A DNA stretch of 64,000 nucleotides, from the NCBI GenBank assembly GCA_965287045.1, contig OZ336870.1:121520001-121584000 (forward strand), given 5' to 3'. The notes below the pieces were generated by a model. That model worked only from the letters and a program-made list of their open reading frames with translations. It did no database searches and was not told the origin of the DNA. Made by a program: the position numbers and the translations under genes. Below, piece after piece: positions 61,667-64,000 of the stretch. Each line of letters opens with the position of its first letter. The first letter of the stretch is position 1. This DNA is from Carcharhinus amblyrhynchos (taxonomy: Eukaryota).

Positions 61667-62176
61667 CTAATCTTTCTAAAGCCTGAAGATCTTTTTCACC
61701 CTCTATGCAGTCACGTGACTACATCTTCAATTATTTTCCCTCAACATTTTTCAACCTCTTGCACCAATACACACATCAGAAAAACAGTGAACATGTCTTT
61801 ATTCATTATGGGGATGTGGACAATGCTGGCGTGTATTCCCCATTCCTAGTCGCCCCTGTGAACATGGTGGCAAAACTTGGTGGCAGTTAAGAGTCAAAAT
61901 CATTGATGTGGGACCGGAGTCTCTAACAGGCCAAAACAAGGAAGGATTTCTTCCTGTAAGGACATCAAATGAAAACAGTTGAGTTTTTATGACAATCAGA
62001 CACGATTCTTGTTACTGAACACAGCTTTGTATTTTATATTGATGTGGATGCAAGTTCTCAACTGTCCAAATGGGACTTGCTGTGTGGATTACTTGTTGTA
62101 TCTGTCCAATTCAGATACTTTGACCAGCTTCTTAATCAAAGTTTTGATTAAATGCCTTCATTTATGAGAAGAACAA

Positions 62177-62948
62177 TGTATGGGCACATATATAATGCAA
62201 CAAACTTTATTAAATATAGTTAACATGTAAATTACCCACTATGTATACAAGAAACTCTCAGGATTCAGCTATACTGACCGTAAACATGGCTTGGTAGGCT
62301 GTAGATCTGGTCTGTGAATCCCTCTGGTTTGTCTTCATAAAGCCGATTCTCGCTGGCTGTTTATTTCTTGCTTCCTTCCTTCTCAGGTCTGGTCTGGTCT
62401 CAGTCATCTCTCATTTTGAGTCTTTGCTCCCAGGGTGTAGGGAATGTCTATTTTATCCCCTTGTGACCTCATGCTTTTTCCACCTGCCCTTGGCCTTCTT
62501 CCAATGGGGTCTCAGGAGGAGGGGTCGCAGCACCCAATGATCTAGTTGATGACCTGTTGACAGGACACCTGAGCCCACCCCGGGTGCCTTGAAATCAGGC
62601 CCCATCTAGGCTGCGGACAATAGGCTGGTGCGTATCAAATAGGAGCGATGATAACTTGATGGGTTATCGGGGGCTGATCCAGACATGCCCCAACAGCCTG
62701 TCTGAGGTCCGGATATTCAAACTTTGGCCAGGTGCGATTTTCTGCAGCTATTTGCTGGAGCTGACTGTAGTTTAATTTCAAATATTTAATTTTACTTTGG
62801 GCTCAGTACCACGTACTTGTTTGCTGCATTCCCATTCCCCAGCTAATTAAAGCGAATTAATCTCACGTTAATTAGACCATGCAGAGACCTATTTTCACTG
62901 TCGGTGTGGTCAGTGAGTGCTGAGGCCCCACGTTATTGATCCCCTACA
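62177..62948 (-). mobile_element. Probable solo LTR (about 772 bp)
   Basis: Termini TGTATGGG...CCCCTACA (7/8 inverted match). Minus-strand order is CCAAT-like sites (about 62535 and 62501), ATAAAATA (about 62452), then AATAAA (about 62206), 30 nt from the end. No clean TSD. Confidence 0.6.
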
Positions 62949-64000
62949 GAAAACAATGAATGCTGTGATAGGTTGGGCCCTTCACAGTTTCGCAGCATTT
63001 CTCACGCATGAAAACAAAATCCCTCTCCCCAGCAGAGATTATTTGTTATCCTCTGAAACGCATTATTCGAACTCCAAAACAGAGCAAAAAAAAACCACAC
63101 TTGACACAAAGACTTAGGTAAGTACCTTGCTGTAGTTGTAAGATGTAATTATTCAGTCAGGGAAAAACCCCCAAGGACATTGAGATGTCATATTTTAAAC
63201 ACCGCAGTAAAATGATGCGCATGATGGGTTTTGCAATCTGAACTCTAATGCAATCGTGCATTGAATTTCTCAAGCATGGATGCCAGTTATAAACTATATG
63301 AACCTTGCCATGTCCAAAATAAAGACAGACTCAGTGAGAGTGCAGTATTAGCATTCATGTTACAACATCGACAGTACAGCCTCAGAACACCAAAACACAG
63401 GACTCAATCCTGTATATCTTTGGCATGTAAATACCATTTGTAGACAGTGTGGAACAATTTGATCAGTTCAGTGAATTAGTTTCAGCAAATAAAAACTTTA
63501 AGGAAAACTAAGTTTTTTTTCTGAAATTCACAGGGCTAAAAATTGTCTGAGGCTTGTTGGCGCATAGGGACTATGATGCACGATGGTGAGAAAATTACAA
63601 ACGGAGCAATAGGCAATATTCTCCCAGGTTCATTGATGCAGCACTTGACTTGTAATGTCCTAACAATGTTACGGGTTGTGGGTTTAAAACAAAAGAATGA
63701 AAGGGGGTCAATCTTACCAGCTTATCACACCAGTCAAAGGCAGAGCGAGCCAGTAAGATTGCATGAGACAGCGCAAAACCAAGTTCACACCAGAATTCGT
63801 ATCTCTCATGATCTTAGCGGTTCTGGATATCTTGCCTGATCAGCCTCGCTCCCAGGAAAATTTATATCTAATTTTAATATTATTAATAAATCCGGGCCAC
63901 AATTGTCTGGGCTCACTTGTCTTAGCAGCCTTCCCATTGAAGACCTTCTCTATTGAGGATCACATACAGTCCCCATCAATAGAGACTTGACATGATGGCC

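Noticed and set aside
1-64000. LINE strand bias as a clue to host-gene orientation
   Set aside because: CR1, Rex1 and SINE copies occur on both strands in similar numbers.

Overview
This looks like eukaryotic DNA from a cartilaginous fish, most likely a shark. That call is an inference from the repeat families present: HE1/V-SINE-type tRNA SINEs, CR1/HER1-type LINE tails, Deu-domain SINEs, Rex1/Babar LINEs, Penelope-like elements and PIF/Harbinger elements. The window reads as intergenic or deep-intronic: AT-rich, CpG-poor and densely covered by decayed, often nested transposon fragments. I found no complete or recognisable host protein-coding gene, RNA gene or CRISPR array. Almost every informative ORF in the track is a retroelement or Harbinger remnant. 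The most striking structures are: (1) a perfect 208-bp inverted duplication (43983-44190 / 45463-45670) that straddles the 5' junction of an old CR1; (2) a composite MITE + spacer + Rex1 unit present twice, 26 kb apart; (3) a spliced three-exon Harbinger Myb/SANT pseudogene with many short GGG/GGC-ended MITEs; (4) HE1-like SINEs carrying two different 3' tails; (5) TSD-flanked Penelope insertions with decayed hammerhead-like cores; (6) solo LTRs; (7) a perfect 19-bp hairpin. A few isolated exon-like and promoter-like signals exist but point to both strands and remain unproven. I do not see convincing evidence of a new biological system. Family names come from recall of consensus motifs, not from a database search, and repeat boundaries are approximate unless a TSD or TIR is quoted.
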